A stretch of DNA of 64,000 nucleotides from Alphaproteobacteria bacterium (GCA_965228895.1 OZ245842.1:4960001-5024000), one strand, 5' to 3'. Numbered from the stretch's first letter, positions 10,115-19,970 are shown. Made by a program: numbers and translations. Notes: a model not told the origin generated them from the letters alone.

Positions 10115-10284
10115 GGTCTTTTCAATCCTTGCTGCGCATCGGCGGTTTTTTGGCCCGCCTGATGACGATCGGTTAGGCGCTGAAGCAGGCTCCCAAAGCC
10201 TGCCGCTTCAAGCGTCCTATCTGGTACCGAAAAGCCGCCGGTCAATCGTCTGCAACAAGGTCATTTCGTGGCAATCCAGCGGAT

Positions 10285-11352
10285 TCACGCAACCCTGCCA
10301 TGCTTCCTGAGCGCGAGGCCAGCCGCCAAGTACATGATGATGTAGACGATGACGCGATAGACCACAGCGCTGCCCGGCGGGATGCAGATGAAGCTCATGC
10401 CGGTCAGGCCGCGCCGCCCGATCTCGTGCGCGATACGGATGACCTCGTAATCGGTCATGCCGACCGGTTCGGCGAGCTCGCCCAGGATGTCGCCGGGCGC
10501 CGGCCCGGCGCCGCCGATGCAGTCCATGTCGAAGTGGATGTACTGACCTTTGGTGCCGTCATAGGCCTGGTCGAGCGCCTTCACCAAACCTTCGATACCG
10601 AGGCCGGACCGGAGCTCCCACGAACTGATGAAACGTGCGCCGTCGTTCAAATAACGCCGGACGATGCGCTTGTCCTCCAGCATGCCGCGCTCGCCGATCT
10701 CGACCAGATGTTTGGGATGCATGTTGTCGAGGAACTCATACATCTTGTGCTTCCACGACGACGAACCGGCGATGCGCGGGTCGCCGGTCAGATAATCCAA
10801 CTCATGCGCGTCCCAGTGGGTGTCGAGGCTGATGCAGCCGACCGCACCGTCAGTGTGCTCGGCGACCGGTTTGGCGATGGCGAAGCTGCCGCACGGGCTG
10901 TTCTGACCGATGACGATGGGCACGGCGCCCGCATCCAGCGCATCGTTGACCTTGGCCTCGACTGCGGCCTGGGCGGCAAGAATGTTTTCCGCCGTTGGTG
11001 TTTCCATGGATTCGGGCGGGATGTCGGCGTCGCCGTAGTCGACCAGCTTGATCGTCTCGAAGACGTCGAGATCGAAGTCCTGGATGTAGGCAGAAGGATA
11101 ACGCGCCGACTGCTGGCGCACCCGTTTCGGCGCGGCGATCCAGTCTTCCATCGGCACGCCTGCATACATGCCGCCCGACGCCGCGACATAGGGTGCGCCG
11201 ATCACGGCAATATCCGCGCCCTTCAGGTCGGCCGGTGTCTTGGCAACCGGCTGGCTCATGAAACTCGGTGTCTCCGGCGCCAACATCGGGTAGTCGCGCC
11301 CGGCGGCGAAGCTCGTTGAGGTAAAGGTCTCCCAGTCCGGATAGCTACTCAT
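10285..11352 (-). CDS. Arginase/agmatinase-fold (ureohydrolase superfamily) protein, divergent
   Basis: TPSFM, IAVIGAPY, VDYGDAD, LDTHWD, IGERG, HFDMD, EPVGMT motifs; ATG at 11352 overlaps MarR stop. Confidence 0.8.
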   Translation of the reverse strand: MSSYPDWETFTSTSFAAGRDYPMLAPETPSFMSQPVAKTPADLKGADIAVIGAPYVAASGGMYAGVPMEDWIAAPKRVRQQSARYPSAYIQDFDLDVFETIKLVDYGDADIPPESMETPTAENILAAQAAVEAKVNDALDAGAVPIVIGQNSPCGSFAIAKPVAEHTDGAVGCISLDTHWDAHELDYLTGDPRIAGSSSWKHKMYEFLDNMHPKHLVEIGERGMLEDKRIVRRYLNDGARFISSWELRSGLGIEGLVKALDQAYDGTKGQYIHFDMDCIGGAGPAPGDILGELAEPVGMTDYEVIRIAHEIGRRGLTGMSFICIPPGSAVVYRVIVYIIMYLAAGLALRKHGRVA

Positions 11353-11881
11353 CGTCGTCGTCCTTCCCTTCGAAGCCCAACAGCGGGCAATTGCGCCTGC
11401 GGCAATTGTGGCGATCGCATAACCGGCACACGTGATCTGCCGTCTCACCGTCATTGGTCAATTCCGGCAACAGACGCCCAAGCAACGCCAGCAACAAGCG
11501 TCGTTCATGTTTGGCAAGATCACCCGTCACGTTCTCCAACGCGGCAATCCGCGCCGCAAGCAGACGATCACGACATTCTTCGCCGAAGGCGGTCAAGAAG
11601 AGCGCGAGCTCACGCTTGTCACGACCGTCACGCCGGACGACGTGACCGGCGGTCTGCAGACGGTCGACCAGTCTGACCGTCGCCGACTGCGACAAACCCA
11701 ACTGGCGCTCCAGCGCGCGCACGGTGATGCCGGGCGTCGCGCCCAGGATGACCAGCGCGGTGTTGTCGGATTGACCCAAGCCTGAAGCCTCGGTCATCGC
11801 CGTCTCGATCCGTTCGTCGAGCGCTGTTGCCAATGCGCCCAACCGGTTGGCGACGACCTGGCGCATACGTGGTTTTGCCAC
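11345..11881 (-). CDS. MarR-family regulator with Cys-rich C-terminal tail
   Basis: wHTH LGLSQSATVRLVDRL...DKRE...LTAFG; tail CRLCDRHNC...CP; GTG start after GGAGGG. Confidence 0.85.
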   Translation of the reverse strand: MAKPRMRQVVANRLGALATALDERIETAMTEASGLGQSDNTALVILGATPGITVRALERQLGLSQSATVRLVDRLQTAGHVVRRDGRDKRELALFLTAFGEECRDRLLAARIAALENVTGDLAKHERRLLLALLGRLLPELTNDGETADHVCRLCDRHNCRRRNCPLLGFEGKDDDDE

Positions 11882-11924
11882 TGTCCCCTCCCCTTTCTTC
11901 GTTGGGGAAAGCCTACACCACAAT

Positions 11925-11952
11925 GTATGCGACATGCAGCCAACCTGCATAC
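11925..11952. promoter_or_regulatory. Candidate MarR operator in divergent promoter
   Basis: Nested inverted repeats GTATGC...GCATAC and ATGCAG-N5-CTGCAT between marR and the amidohydrolase. Confidence 0.4.
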
Positions 11953-12048
11953 GGCGGCTGTGACGCATCACGGCCGCGCACGCAACGACCCAACACATAC
12001 ATGGCGGCGCTTGATAGACTTCGGTGCAACGCGAACGGGAGGAACGAC

Positions 12049-13578
12049 ATGGCGAGCAAGTTGATCAAAGGGAAATGGGTTATCACCGACGCAATGAGCC
12101 CGGCGATCTCCGACGGCGCCGTGCTGGTCGAGGGCGAGAGGATTGCCGCGACGGGTTCGTTTGCGGAAGTCTCAGCCGCCTGTCCCGATGCCGAGGTCAT
12201 CGGTTCCGACAACCATGCGGTGATGCCGGGCCTGATCAACGCCCACCACCATCACGGCGGCATCACCGGTATTCAGCACGGCGTGCCCGACATGCTGCTG
12301 GAAAGCTGGATCCGCGCGCTGGACGCCGGCCGGCCCGGCGACGAACGCCTTGACGTCTTGTTGGCATGCGCGCGTCTGCTGCGGTCCGGCGTCACCAGCG
12401 TTGTCGACATGGCGTCAGGGCGCGGCACGCCGGAGGCCTGGCGTGACACGATGACACGTGCGCTCGACGCCTATCGTCAATCCGGCATACGCGCGGCCTT
12501 TGCGCCCGGCGCCAACGATCAGGGCTGGCTCGGCGTCGGACCCGGCGCCTGTGACGAAGAGTTTCTGAAAACCCTGCCGGGCGATCTGGCCGAAGCCGTG
12601 CGGCCGGAGCTGCCCAACAAATCGTCCATCACGCCGGGCGACTATCTGGCCATCATGGACGAGCTTATCGCTGGGGCCGACGACGATGACCGGGTCACCG
12701 TTTGGTATGGTCCGCCGGGCGTGCCATGGATCACCGATCGTTTCTATGGCGAGATCGCCGACGCGGCACGGCGTCACAATACCGGCCTGCAGACGCATGT
12801 TTCGGAGTCCTATTACGAAGGCCTGATGGGGCCGAAGTTTCACGACGCGCCGATGATGCAGCACCTGCACGAGCAGGGCGTCAGCGGGCCGAACGTGTCG
12901 ATCGCCCACGGCGTGTGGATCACCGAAGACGAGATGGCGCTGATGGCGGAAACCGGCACGGCGGTCAGCCACAACCCCAGCTCGAACCTGCGCCTGCGCG
13001 CCGGCACGGCGCCGCTCAACGCCTATCTCGCCGCCGGCGTGACAACCGGCCTGGGTCTCGACAACACGGCGATCGGCGACGACGACGACATGTTTGCGGA
13101 AATGCGGTTGGCGCTGCGCCTGGCGCGCAGCCCGACCTATCACGAGCCGGCGCCGGCGAACGCGGATGTGCTGGCGCTCGCCACGACAGGCGGCGCCAAG
13201 CTGATGCGGAGGGACCACGAACTCGGCCGCCTGGCGGACGGCTATCTGGCCGACATCGTGCTGGTGCGCCTTGACCGCATCACCTGGCCGTGGGTCGCGC
13301 CGGAGGCCGATCCGCGCGAGCTCGTCCTGCTGCGCGCCCGCGCCGACGATGTCGACAAGGTCCTGATCTCAGGCGAGCTGGTGCTCGACGACGGCCGCCC
13401 GACACGCTTCGATATCGACGAGATCGGCCAAGAGGCCGCCGCGCTGATGGCCAAGACCGCCTATCCCGACGATGCCGCGCGGATCGCCGCGGCACTCATT
13501 CCGCACATCGAGGCCTGGTACGGCGGTTGGGACCACAAGGAACGCGTTGCCTATCAACCGATGAACTCTCGGGTCTAG
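12049..13578 (+). CDS. Metal-dependent amidohydrolase (AtzA/SsnA/deaminase-like)
   Basis: MPGLINAHHH, QTHVSES, IAHGVW, HNPSSNLRL, GLGLD, G.LADGYLADIV; ATG after GGAGG. Confidence 0.9.
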   Translation: MASKLIKGKWVITDAMSPAISDGAVLVEGERIAATGSFAEVSAACPDAEVIGSDNHAVMPGLINAHHHHGGITGIQHGVPDMLLESWIRALDAGRPGDERLDVLLACARLLRSGVTSVVDMASGRGTPEAWRDTMTRALDAYRQSGIRAAFAPGANDQGWLGVGPGACDEEFLKTLPGDLAEAVRPELPNKSSITPGDYLAIMDELIAGADDDDRVTVWYGPPGVPWITDRFYGEIADAARRHNTGLQTHVSESYYEGLMGPKFHDAPMMQHLHEQGVSGPNVSIAHGVWITEDEMALMAETGTAVSHNPSSNLRLRAGTAPLNAYLAAGVTTGLGLDNTAIGDDDDMFAEMRLALRLARSPTYHEPAPANADVLALATTGGAKLMRRDHELGRLADGYLADIVLVRLDRITWPWVAPEADPRELVLLRARADDVDKVLISGELVLDDGRPTRFDIDEIGQEAAALMAKTAYPDDAARIAAALIPHIEAWYGGWDHKERVAYQPMNSRV

Positions 13579-13599
13579 CGCGAAGCCGCCGCAACAACA

Positions 13600-13763
13600 C
13601 CCTCTCCCCTTGAGGGAGAGGGTTGCGCAGGGTTGGGTCCGGACAATGTCCGGACCTTAGCCGGAGCTGGGTGAGGGGATTCTGCTAGCCGCCACCAACA
13701 CGCTCTCTTATTGCGCTGACCCGCAACCCCCTCACCCCATCCCTCTCCCTCAAGGGGAGAGGG
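13600..13763. repeat. REP-like doublet (CCCTCTCCC-type) between convergent genes
   Basis: Perfect 23-bp inverted repeats at 13600-13622 and 13741-13763, inner GGGTGAGGGG/CCCCTCACCC pair, internal hairpin GGTCCGGACAATGTCCGGACC. Confidence 0.85.
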
Positions 13764-13779
13764 AGAATTAGCGGCGGCC

Positions 13780-15165
13780 TTAACGCCCCCGAGTCAGGCG
13801 CCAGGTCTTCAGATGGAAGCGCCAAATCAGCAGGAGCGCCGAGACGCCGAGACCGAGCGCGAGGCCCCACCACAGGCCCTGCGGTCCCCAGCCGGCGACG
13901 AAACCCAGGAGATAACCGCCGGTGACACCAAAACCCCACAGGCCGAAGCAGGCGAGCAGCATGGGCACCAGCGTGTCCTTCAGGCCGCGCAGCGACTGGA
14001 CAGCGATCATCTGTAGGCCGTCGAAGATCTGGAAGATGGCGGCGACCGTGAACAAGCTGATGGCGAGTGCCGCGACATCGGTGTCCGCGTATTCCAGTGC
14101 ACCCAGGAACAGGCCGACGATCGGTTCCGGTATCGTCCAGACGACAGCGGCGGCAATCAGGATGATGACCGATCCCATGGCAAGCGCCAGGAAACCCGCG
14201 TTGCGCGACTGCTGCGGCTGACCGGCGCCGATGCCGTAGGCAACGCGGATCGCCGCTGCCTCGCCCAGCGCAAAGGCAAGCACCAAGCCGATATCGATAA
14301 TGCCGAAGACGATCTGGCTCGCCGCCAGCGCCACCGCGCCGAACAGACCCATCAGGATAGCGACGACCGAAAACATGCCGCTCTCCGCAAAGGTAATCCC
14401 GGCAATCGGCAGACCGTGGCGCAGGATGTCACCCCACACCTTGGGTTCCGGGCGCTGCAGACCGGGAAAGATCATGTAGTCCTGGATCGCCTTCGACCAG
14501 CGGACGTAGCCCGACAGGCAGGCGAGCGTGAAGAAACTCACGATGACGCTGCCATAGCCGGCACCCGCCACGCCGAGTGCCGGAAATCCGAAGTTGCCGA
14601 ACACAAGCGTGTAGTTGACCAGCATGTTGAGGCCAACCGCGAGGATGGCAACGACCATGATGACGTGGGCGCGCCCGAGCGCCGCCAGGAAGTTGGCGAG
14701 CACGGCGTAGATCATGGTCGGCGGGAACGACCACATGAACGCATAAACGTAGTCTTCCGCCGACGCCATGACCGCCGGATCCTGGCCGGTCAGCGTCAGC
14801 ACCGGCACCAGGGCCAGGCAGAAACCGATGCCAACCACCGACATCATGGCCGCCATCCACATGCCCTGACGCACGCACAGGCTGACCTCTGCCTTGTCGC
14901 CTTTGCCATGAGCCTGGGCGACGAGAACGCCGACGATGGAGATGACGCCGATCGAGACCGACAGCGCGTCCCACATCAGGTTGCCGGAAAGGCCAACCGC
15001 TGCCAGTTCCACCGTGCCCAGGCGTCCGACAAACATCATGTCGGTGAGATAGATGCCGAACTCGGCCAGATACGCTGCCGCCAGCGGCGCGGCGATGGCG
15101 ATCAGCGTGCCGATTTCACGCCGCTTGGTGTGCTTGCGCGGCGCGGAGGACGGTGCAGTGGTCAT
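13780..15165 (-). CDS. MATE (NorM-like) efflux transporter
   Basis: DMMFVGRLGTVELAAVGL, FGNFGFPALGVAGAG, FQIFDGLQ, LRGLKDT, GPQGLWWGL; ATG at 15165. Confidence 0.9.
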   Translation of the reverse strand: MTTAPSSAPRKHTKRREIGTLIAIAAPLAAAYLAEFGIYLTDMMFVGRLGTVELAAVGLSGNLMWDALSVSIGVISIVGVLVAQAHGKGDKAEVSLCVRQGMWMAAMMSVVGIGFCLALVPVLTLTGQDPAVMASAEDYVYAFMWSFPPTMIYAVLANFLAALGRAHVIMVVAILAVGLNMLVNYTLVFGNFGFPALGVAGAGYGSVIVSFFTLACLSGYVRWSKAIQDYMIFPGLQRPEPKVWGDILRHGLPIAGITFAESGMFSVVAILMGLFGAVALAASQIVFGIIDIGLVLAFALGEAAAIRVAYGIGAGQPQQSRNAGFLALAMGSVIILIAAAVVWTIPEPIVGLFLGALEYADTDVAALAISLFTVAAIFQIFDGLQMIAVQSLRGLKDTLVPMLLACFGLWGFGVTGGYLLGFVAGWGPQGLWWGLALGLGVSALLLIWRFHLKTWRLTRGR

Positions 15166-15360
15166 CGCAAAACCGCCGGCCCGGCAACAGGCGCCCTGTT
15201 CCGCACGCCCAACATGTACTCCATGATCTCGACCCCCTGGCCACCCGGCGGCGGCGGGGCGGATTATGGGCTCAGCCCGGTGCCCATCGCAAGGTCGCCC
15301 TATTCGCGATCCATCCTTGGGGGACTTGCGATGACCGGCAAAACAACCTAGGTCCAAACA

Positions 15361-16329
15361 ATGGTTCTGAGCTTTGCCGCACGCCGCATCCGTTATCTCG
15401 CCTTGGCTGGCGTGATAACCGTGTGCCTGGGGTGGATTGCACCGGCGGCAGCCGATATCGAGGCCGATATCAACGCCGCATTCGCCGCCGCCGAGGCCGG
15501 TGACATCACAGGTGCCCACGAAAAGCTGACCGCGATCATCCGCGCCGGCGAACTGCCGCCCGAACGGCTTGCCATCATGTATTTCAACCGTGGTGTCGCG
15601 CGTCAGCTATTGGGCCGGCTGGGCGACGCGGTCGATGACTTCGACCAGGCGATTGCGCTGGCGCCGGCCTATGCGGACGCCCTCTATAATCGCGGCGAGA
15701 CGTTGCTGGTCTTGGGCCAGCCGGAAGCCGCGTTCGGCGACTTCGAGCGTGTTCTGCTGCTGCAGCCCAACGCCTTGGACGCCCGGGTATCGCGCGCCGA
15801 CGCCCTGTTCGCCATGGGCCAGCCCAAGGAAGCGCTCGATGCCTATACCGAGGCGCTGGAGTATGACCCCACGCTTGTCTACGCCTATGTCGGGCGCGCC
15901 CGCGCCTGGCGTTCGGTCGGCAACCTGTCGCGCGCCGTGGTCGATTACATCGCCGCCTTGAACATCACGCCCGGCGACCCCGACCTTCTGGCTGAGCGCG
16001 GCACCGTTCTGGCCGAACTCGGCGACCATGAAAGCGCGCTCAGCGATTTCAACCGCGTGCTGGCAATCTACCCCGACCAGGCCGGCGCACTTTATGGCCG
16101 CGGTGTCGTCTATGGTCAGCAGGGCAGCTACGAGCTGGCGCTCGCCGACTTCAACTATCTGATCGAGATCGCACCGGAACTGGGCGACGCCTATTTCATG
16201 CGCGGCATGGCGCGGCTCGCCATGGGCGATGAGGCCGGTGCCGAGGACGACTTCATGAGCGCCTATGCCAACGGCGCGCAGAACGATCGTCTGGATGCGA
16301 TCCTCAGGGAACGCGGCATCATCGAGTGA
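15361..16329 (+). CDS. Exported tetratricopeptide-repeat protein
   Basis: Signal peptide plus ~7 34-aa repeats (YFNRG..A..DFDQAI.L.P, LYNRG, YVGRA, LYGRG, YFMRG). Confidence 0.88.
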   Translation: MVLSFAARRIRYLALAGVITVCLGWIAPAAADIEADINAAFAAAEAGDITGAHEKLTAIIRAGELPPERLAIMYFNRGVARQLLGRLGDAVDDFDQAIALAPAYADALYNRGETLLVLGQPEAAFGDFERVLLLQPNALDARVSRADALFAMGQPKEALDAYTEALEYDPTLVYAYVGRARAWRSVGNLSRAVVDYIAALNITPGDPDLLAERGTVLAELGDHESALSDFNRVLAIYPDQAGALYGRGVVYGQQGSYELALADFNYLIEIAPELGDAYFMRGMARLAMGDEAGAEDDFMSAYANGAQNDRLDAILRERGIIE

Positions 16330-16357
16330 GTGTGTTGTCCGTCCGGACAACGCCGGT

Positions 16358-16428
16358 GCCTGCCCGCTCCCCCACCCGGCCACCCCGAGAATGCTGCCCT
16401 GGGTGGCCGGGTGGGGGAGCGGGCAGGC
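16358..16428. repeat. Palindromic repeat family 1, copy B (inverted orientation)
   Basis: GCCTGCCCGCTCCCCCACCCGGCCACCC-CGAGAATGCTGCCCT-GGGTGGCCGGGTGGGGGAGCGGGCAGGC. Confidence 0.9.
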
Positions 16429-16450
16429 GAGGTGACTATCCAGTCACTGC

Positions 16451-17421
16451 TCAGCGCATGAGACGCCGTAACACCGGCGGCAGTTTGCCTTCCAGCGCCA
16501 GGATGGCGACGATGACGAGCGCCGCGCCGGCGAGCTGTGCCGGCGTCATGACCTCGCCCAACAGCAGAGCGGCCAGCACCAGGGTCGAGACGGGGCCGAC
16601 GGTGGAGACCAGGGCCGAGCGCGACGCGCCGACCCGGCGGATGCCTTCGGTGATCAGCAGGAACGGCATGACCGAGCAGAACAGCGCCATCGCCGCGATC
16701 ATGATGAAGGCGCTCCACGACATAGAGAGCGCGGCGACCGGTGTCGTCACCAGGAACTGAGTCGTCGTGCCGATGACCGCGCCGGTCACCGCGCCCAGCG
16801 CCATGCGCGCCGAGCCCAGCCTGGGACCGAGCGCCTGGTTGATCATGAAATAGATGGCGAACGCGAACGCCGAACCGATCGCCCATAGACCGCCGATCAG
16901 GTTGGTGTGAAAGAGTTCGCCGTTGGCGACGCCCATGACCAGGATGATGCCCTGATGCCCGCTTCCGCGCCGACCAGCGCGACGAGCTGCCGCGCCGGCG
17001 GCCAACGCCGCCGCCGGATCGAGTCAAAGGCGAGCACGAAGATCGGAAAACTGAACAACAGCACACGCTCGACCGAGACGTCGATCAACGCCAGCGCCGT
17101 GAAGTCCAGATATCCGGCGAGCCAATAGCCGATCAGCCCGCCGCCAAGCGTGTAGACGAAGTCGCGCGGCGCCATGGCGAGATTGGCGAAACCACCGCGC
17201 AGCGCCGCCGCCGCCAGCACCATCATCGGAAACGCCAGGCCGTAACGCACGGCCAGCAGCGTCACGACATCGACACCTTCGGCGTAGATGTACTTCGCCA
17301 GAATGCCTTTCAGCGACAACGCCAGCGCGGAGATGACGACGCACGCAATGCCGATTAACTCGGTGCGGCGTGTCGTCTGCATGGCATCGTTGGCCGACGC
17401 GATGGGATCTGGACCGCTCAT
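16451..17421 (-). pseudogene. EamA/DMT transporter frameshifted by an 8-bp tandem duplication
   Basis: Two ORFs (16897-17421, 16451-17005) carry the two EamA halves; TGATGCCC repeated at 16945-16960; deleting one copy gives the continuous reading ALVGAEAGIILVMG. Confidence 0.85.
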
Positions 17422-17476
17422 GGTGGGCGTCTTTAGCCCGCGCTAGTGGTGCGCGTCCAACGTCGACTGGCGATCG

Positions 17477-17893
17477 TCAGTCCGATGGCCCGTCCGGTCT
17501 GGTGACGACATAGAGGGCGGCAGGGATCATGCAGGCGGCCTGGATGGCGAGGATCCACCAGGCGAGCCCGGCGACCAGACTGACGATAAAGGTCAGCGCC
17601 ATGACGGCGCAGGCGATGATCTTGTAAGGCCGGGCAATCGCGCCATAGGTCTCCCAGTCGTGGATCAGCGGGCCGAACCGGGCATGGCTGATCAGCCAAT
17701 GACGCAGGCGCGGCGATCCCTTGCCGAACGCGAAGGCGGCCAGGATGACAAAGGGTGTGGTCGGCAAGACCGGCAGCACCGCGCCGACCGCCCCCAGCGC
17801 CAGCGACACCCAACCGAGCGTCAGCCACAAGAGGTCGCGATGGCGCCGGCGTCGCGTCGCAACCGCTACGTCACACTCGTCGGGCATGGGCAC
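17477..17893 (-). CDS. YbaN/DUF454 inner-membrane protein
   Basis: LGAVGAVLPVLPTTPFVILAAFAF.KGSPRL..WL..H..FGP. Confidence 0.88.
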   Translation of the reverse strand: MPMPDECDVAVATRRRRHRDLLWLTLGWVSLALGAVGAVLPVLPTTPFVILAAFAFGKGSPRLRHWLISHARFGPLIHDWETYGAIARPYKIIACAVMALTFIVSLVAGLAWWILAIQAACMIPAALYVVTRPDGPSD

Positions 17894-17924
17894 TAAGGTT
17901 GGCCGGCTCGGCCATGGCGCCGCG

Positions 17925-18305
17925 TCAGCCGTCGGGCGCGATCAGCGGGCCGAGCGGCTTGCCGGCCATGATGTGGACGTGGAAGTGGGGCACCAGCTGA
18001 CCGCTGGCAGCGCCCTGGTTCGCGATCAACCGGTGACCCTCGGCGGTGACGCCCAGGTCGTCGCAGATCTTGGCGACGGCGCGCCAGAAGCCCGTGATCT
18101 CGGCATCGCTGGCCGTCGCATGAAAGTCGTCATGGGCGATATACTTGCCCTTCGGGATCACCAGCACATGCACCGGCGCCTGCGGCGCGATGTCGTGAAA
18201 CGCCAGCACGACATCATCTTCGTAGACCGTCTTGTTGGGCAATTCGCCGCGCAGAATCTTGGCGAAGATGTTGTCGTCGTCATAGGTCTCGAAGTCGATC
18301 GCCAT
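17925..18305 (-). CDS. HIT-family nucleotide phosphoramidase (HinT-like)
   Basis: NIFAKILRGELP, AFHDIAPQAPVHVLVIPK, GQLVPHFHVHIM histidine triad. Confidence 0.93.
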   Translation of the reverse strand: MAIDFETYDDDNIFAKILRGELPNKTVYEDDVVLAFHDIAPQAPVHVLVIPKGKYIAHDDFHATASDAEITGFWRAVAKICDDLGVTAEGHRLIANQGAASGQLVPHFHVHIMAGKPLGPLIAPDG

Positions 18306-18610
18306 GGTCGGGCCCTCCGCCGGATGTCACGAAATCGCCTAACACAGGGCCATCGAACTGTCACGATAGGCTGTCAGGTTCCGCGCCGCGACGATCGAGC
18401 GCCTTTCATCGGGAGATCGAGATCATGCCTGTCACCAATGGCGACACCAGACGGCTTTCTGAGCGCGTGGCTGATCCAATGAGACGGGGTCCCAATTGCG
18501 CCGTGCGTGAACGCGCACCGGCGATCAAGATGATGCCGGGACCGCTTATCTATCTGTCGCTTGCCGCGCGGCGGCGGTTTTAGGACATTCGTGGCTCACG
18601 CTTGTGCCAG

Positions 18611-18681
18611 GCCGGCCCACTCCCCCTCCCGGCCACCCATGGCAGCATCCTTGGGGTGGCCGGGAGGGGGAGTGGGCCGGC
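18611..18681. repeat. Palindromic repeat family 1, copy C
   Basis: GCCGGCCCACTCCCCCTCCCGGCCACCC-ATGGCAGCATCCTTG-GGGTGGCCGGGAGGGGGAGTGGGCCGGC. Confidence 0.9.
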
Positions 18682-18703
18682 AACGCAAACGAAACAGGGA
18701 ACT

Positions 18704-19426
18704 CTAGGCGGCGGCGCGCTCGCGCTTTTCGACCAGTTCAAGCCAGCGCGACGAGACGGCGTTGCAGAAAGCCCGCGAGTTCTTTTCGTGGGCTTTGAAA
18801 TCCGCCTCCCAGCGCTCGAGATACCAGGGGTGGTGGGCTTCCAGATCGGGCTGCACGCCGGGCATCCACTGGTGCCACAACTCGATGCTGACCTCGAAAT
18901 GGCACTGAAAGCCGTAGCTGGCATCCTTGCGGAACGCCTGGTTCGGACACTTGTCGCCGGTCATCAGCACGTCAGCGCCCGGCGGGATGTCGAACGTGTC
19001 CTCGTGATACTCCATCAGATACTGGGACGGGGCGAGGCCGCCCAGCAGTGGGTCGTCATGCGCGCTTTCGGTCGCCGTCAACTCGGTGAATCCCAGCTCG
19101 GTCCAGCCTTGTTTGTGGACCCGGGCGCCGAGCGCGCGCGCCAAGACCTGGGAGCCCAGGCAGACGCCCAGGATCGGCTTGCCGTGCTCGTGCACCGCGC
19201 GGGCAAAGATCGCGGCATCCGCCAGATAAGGATGGTTGCCGTCGTCCTCGGCATACTGGGCGCCGCCCAGCATGACCAAACCATCGAAGGCCGCGTCCGA
19301 GGCCGGCAGGACCTCGCGCTTGTCGGGACGAACGGTGAGGGTTCGGACGCCCGCCGCCTCGAAGGACTCGGCGATGACGCCCAAATGGCAGCCGGGATAG
19401 AACTGCAAAACCAGGATTTCGGTCAT
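18704..19426 (-). CDS. Class I glutamine amidotransferase-like protein
   Basis: DGLVMLGG, PILGVCLGSQ (Cys nucleophile), YHEDTF, GFQCHFE (His-Glu); ATG at 19426. Confidence 0.88.
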   Translation of the reverse strand: MTEILVLQFYPGCHLGVIAESFEAAGVRTLTVRPDKREVLPASDAAFDGLVMLGGAQYAEDDGNHPYLADAAIFARAVHEHGKPILGVCLGSQVLARALGARVHKQGWTELGFTELTATESAHDDPLLGGLAPSQYLMEYHEDTFDIPPGADVLMTGDKCPNQAFRKDASYGFQCHFEVSIELWHQWMPGVQPDLEAHHPWYLERWEADFKAHEKNSRAFCNAVSSRWLELVEKRERAAA

Positions 19427-19501
19427 GCTTCTGGTTATCGTGTCCCGCGCGCGGCGACAAGATGGAATACGGCGGTGACTCAAGGGCAGCATCGTGACCT
19501 G

Positions 19502-19520
19502 CCATGCAGAAAACGCATGG
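19502..19520. promoter_or_regulatory. LysR-type palindromic operator upstream of DUF1127 gene 1
   Basis: Perfect CCATGC-N7-GCATGG (contains T-N11-A) followed by an AT-rich tract; ATGC-N7-GCAT recurs at 21064. Confidence 0.55.
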
Positions 19521-19672
19521 TCACTGTGCAAGTGCAGCATTGGTAAAATTCAATAAATTCACCATATTAGCTTTGTTGAAAGCACTAAGCTTTCGCACTG
19601 CAGCAAGATCGGGCGATGGACTTTTGGTCCCATCCGATGGTCTTGCTGACAATCATGATGAGGAGAAACACC

Positions 19673-19843
19673 ATGTTGCGAGATGTGATGAACAGCTATC
19701 GCAGCTGGCGGCGCCAGGCCCAGACCCGTCGGGAAGTGGCCCGTCTCGATCCTCGCCTGCGGGCCGATATCGGCCTGCCGGAACAGGGTGACCCGACGCT
19801 GGTTGGTACCAGCTGGTTCGCCCAGCCGCGCGACCGGTTCTAA
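19673..19843 (+). CDS. DUF1127 (YjiS-like) small Arg-rich protein
   Basis: WRRQAQTRREVARLDPRLRADIGL; strong GAGGAG RBS. Confidence 0.8.
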   Translation: MLRDVMNSYRSWRRQAQTRREVARLDPRLRADIGLPEQGDPTLVGTSWFAQPRDRF

Positions 19844-19898
19844 CCGGGCGGCGGCAGGGATCGCGATGAAACAGCCCGCTTGCTGTGACAACGCTTCA

Positions 19899-19970
19899 GG
19901 CCGGGACTGAACCACCGTCTTCCGCGCGTATGCCGGGGGAGGTGTTAGGTCCCGGCCCTTTCTTTTCTTC
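19899..19970 (+). terminator. Long hairpin plus U-rich tract after DUF1127 gene 1
   Basis: GGCCGGGAC...GTCCCGGCC closing stem, further inner pairing, then CTTTCTTTTCTTC. Confidence 0.6.

Noticed and set aside
13685-13939. ORF ending LPLPLRERDGVRG
   Set aside because: Translation of the REP-like palindrome, out of frame within the MATE gene
18704-19426. GATase as the PabA partner of pabB
   Set aside because: Lacks PabA/TrpG motifs (IDNYDSF, SPGPG) and lies 7 kb away on the other strand
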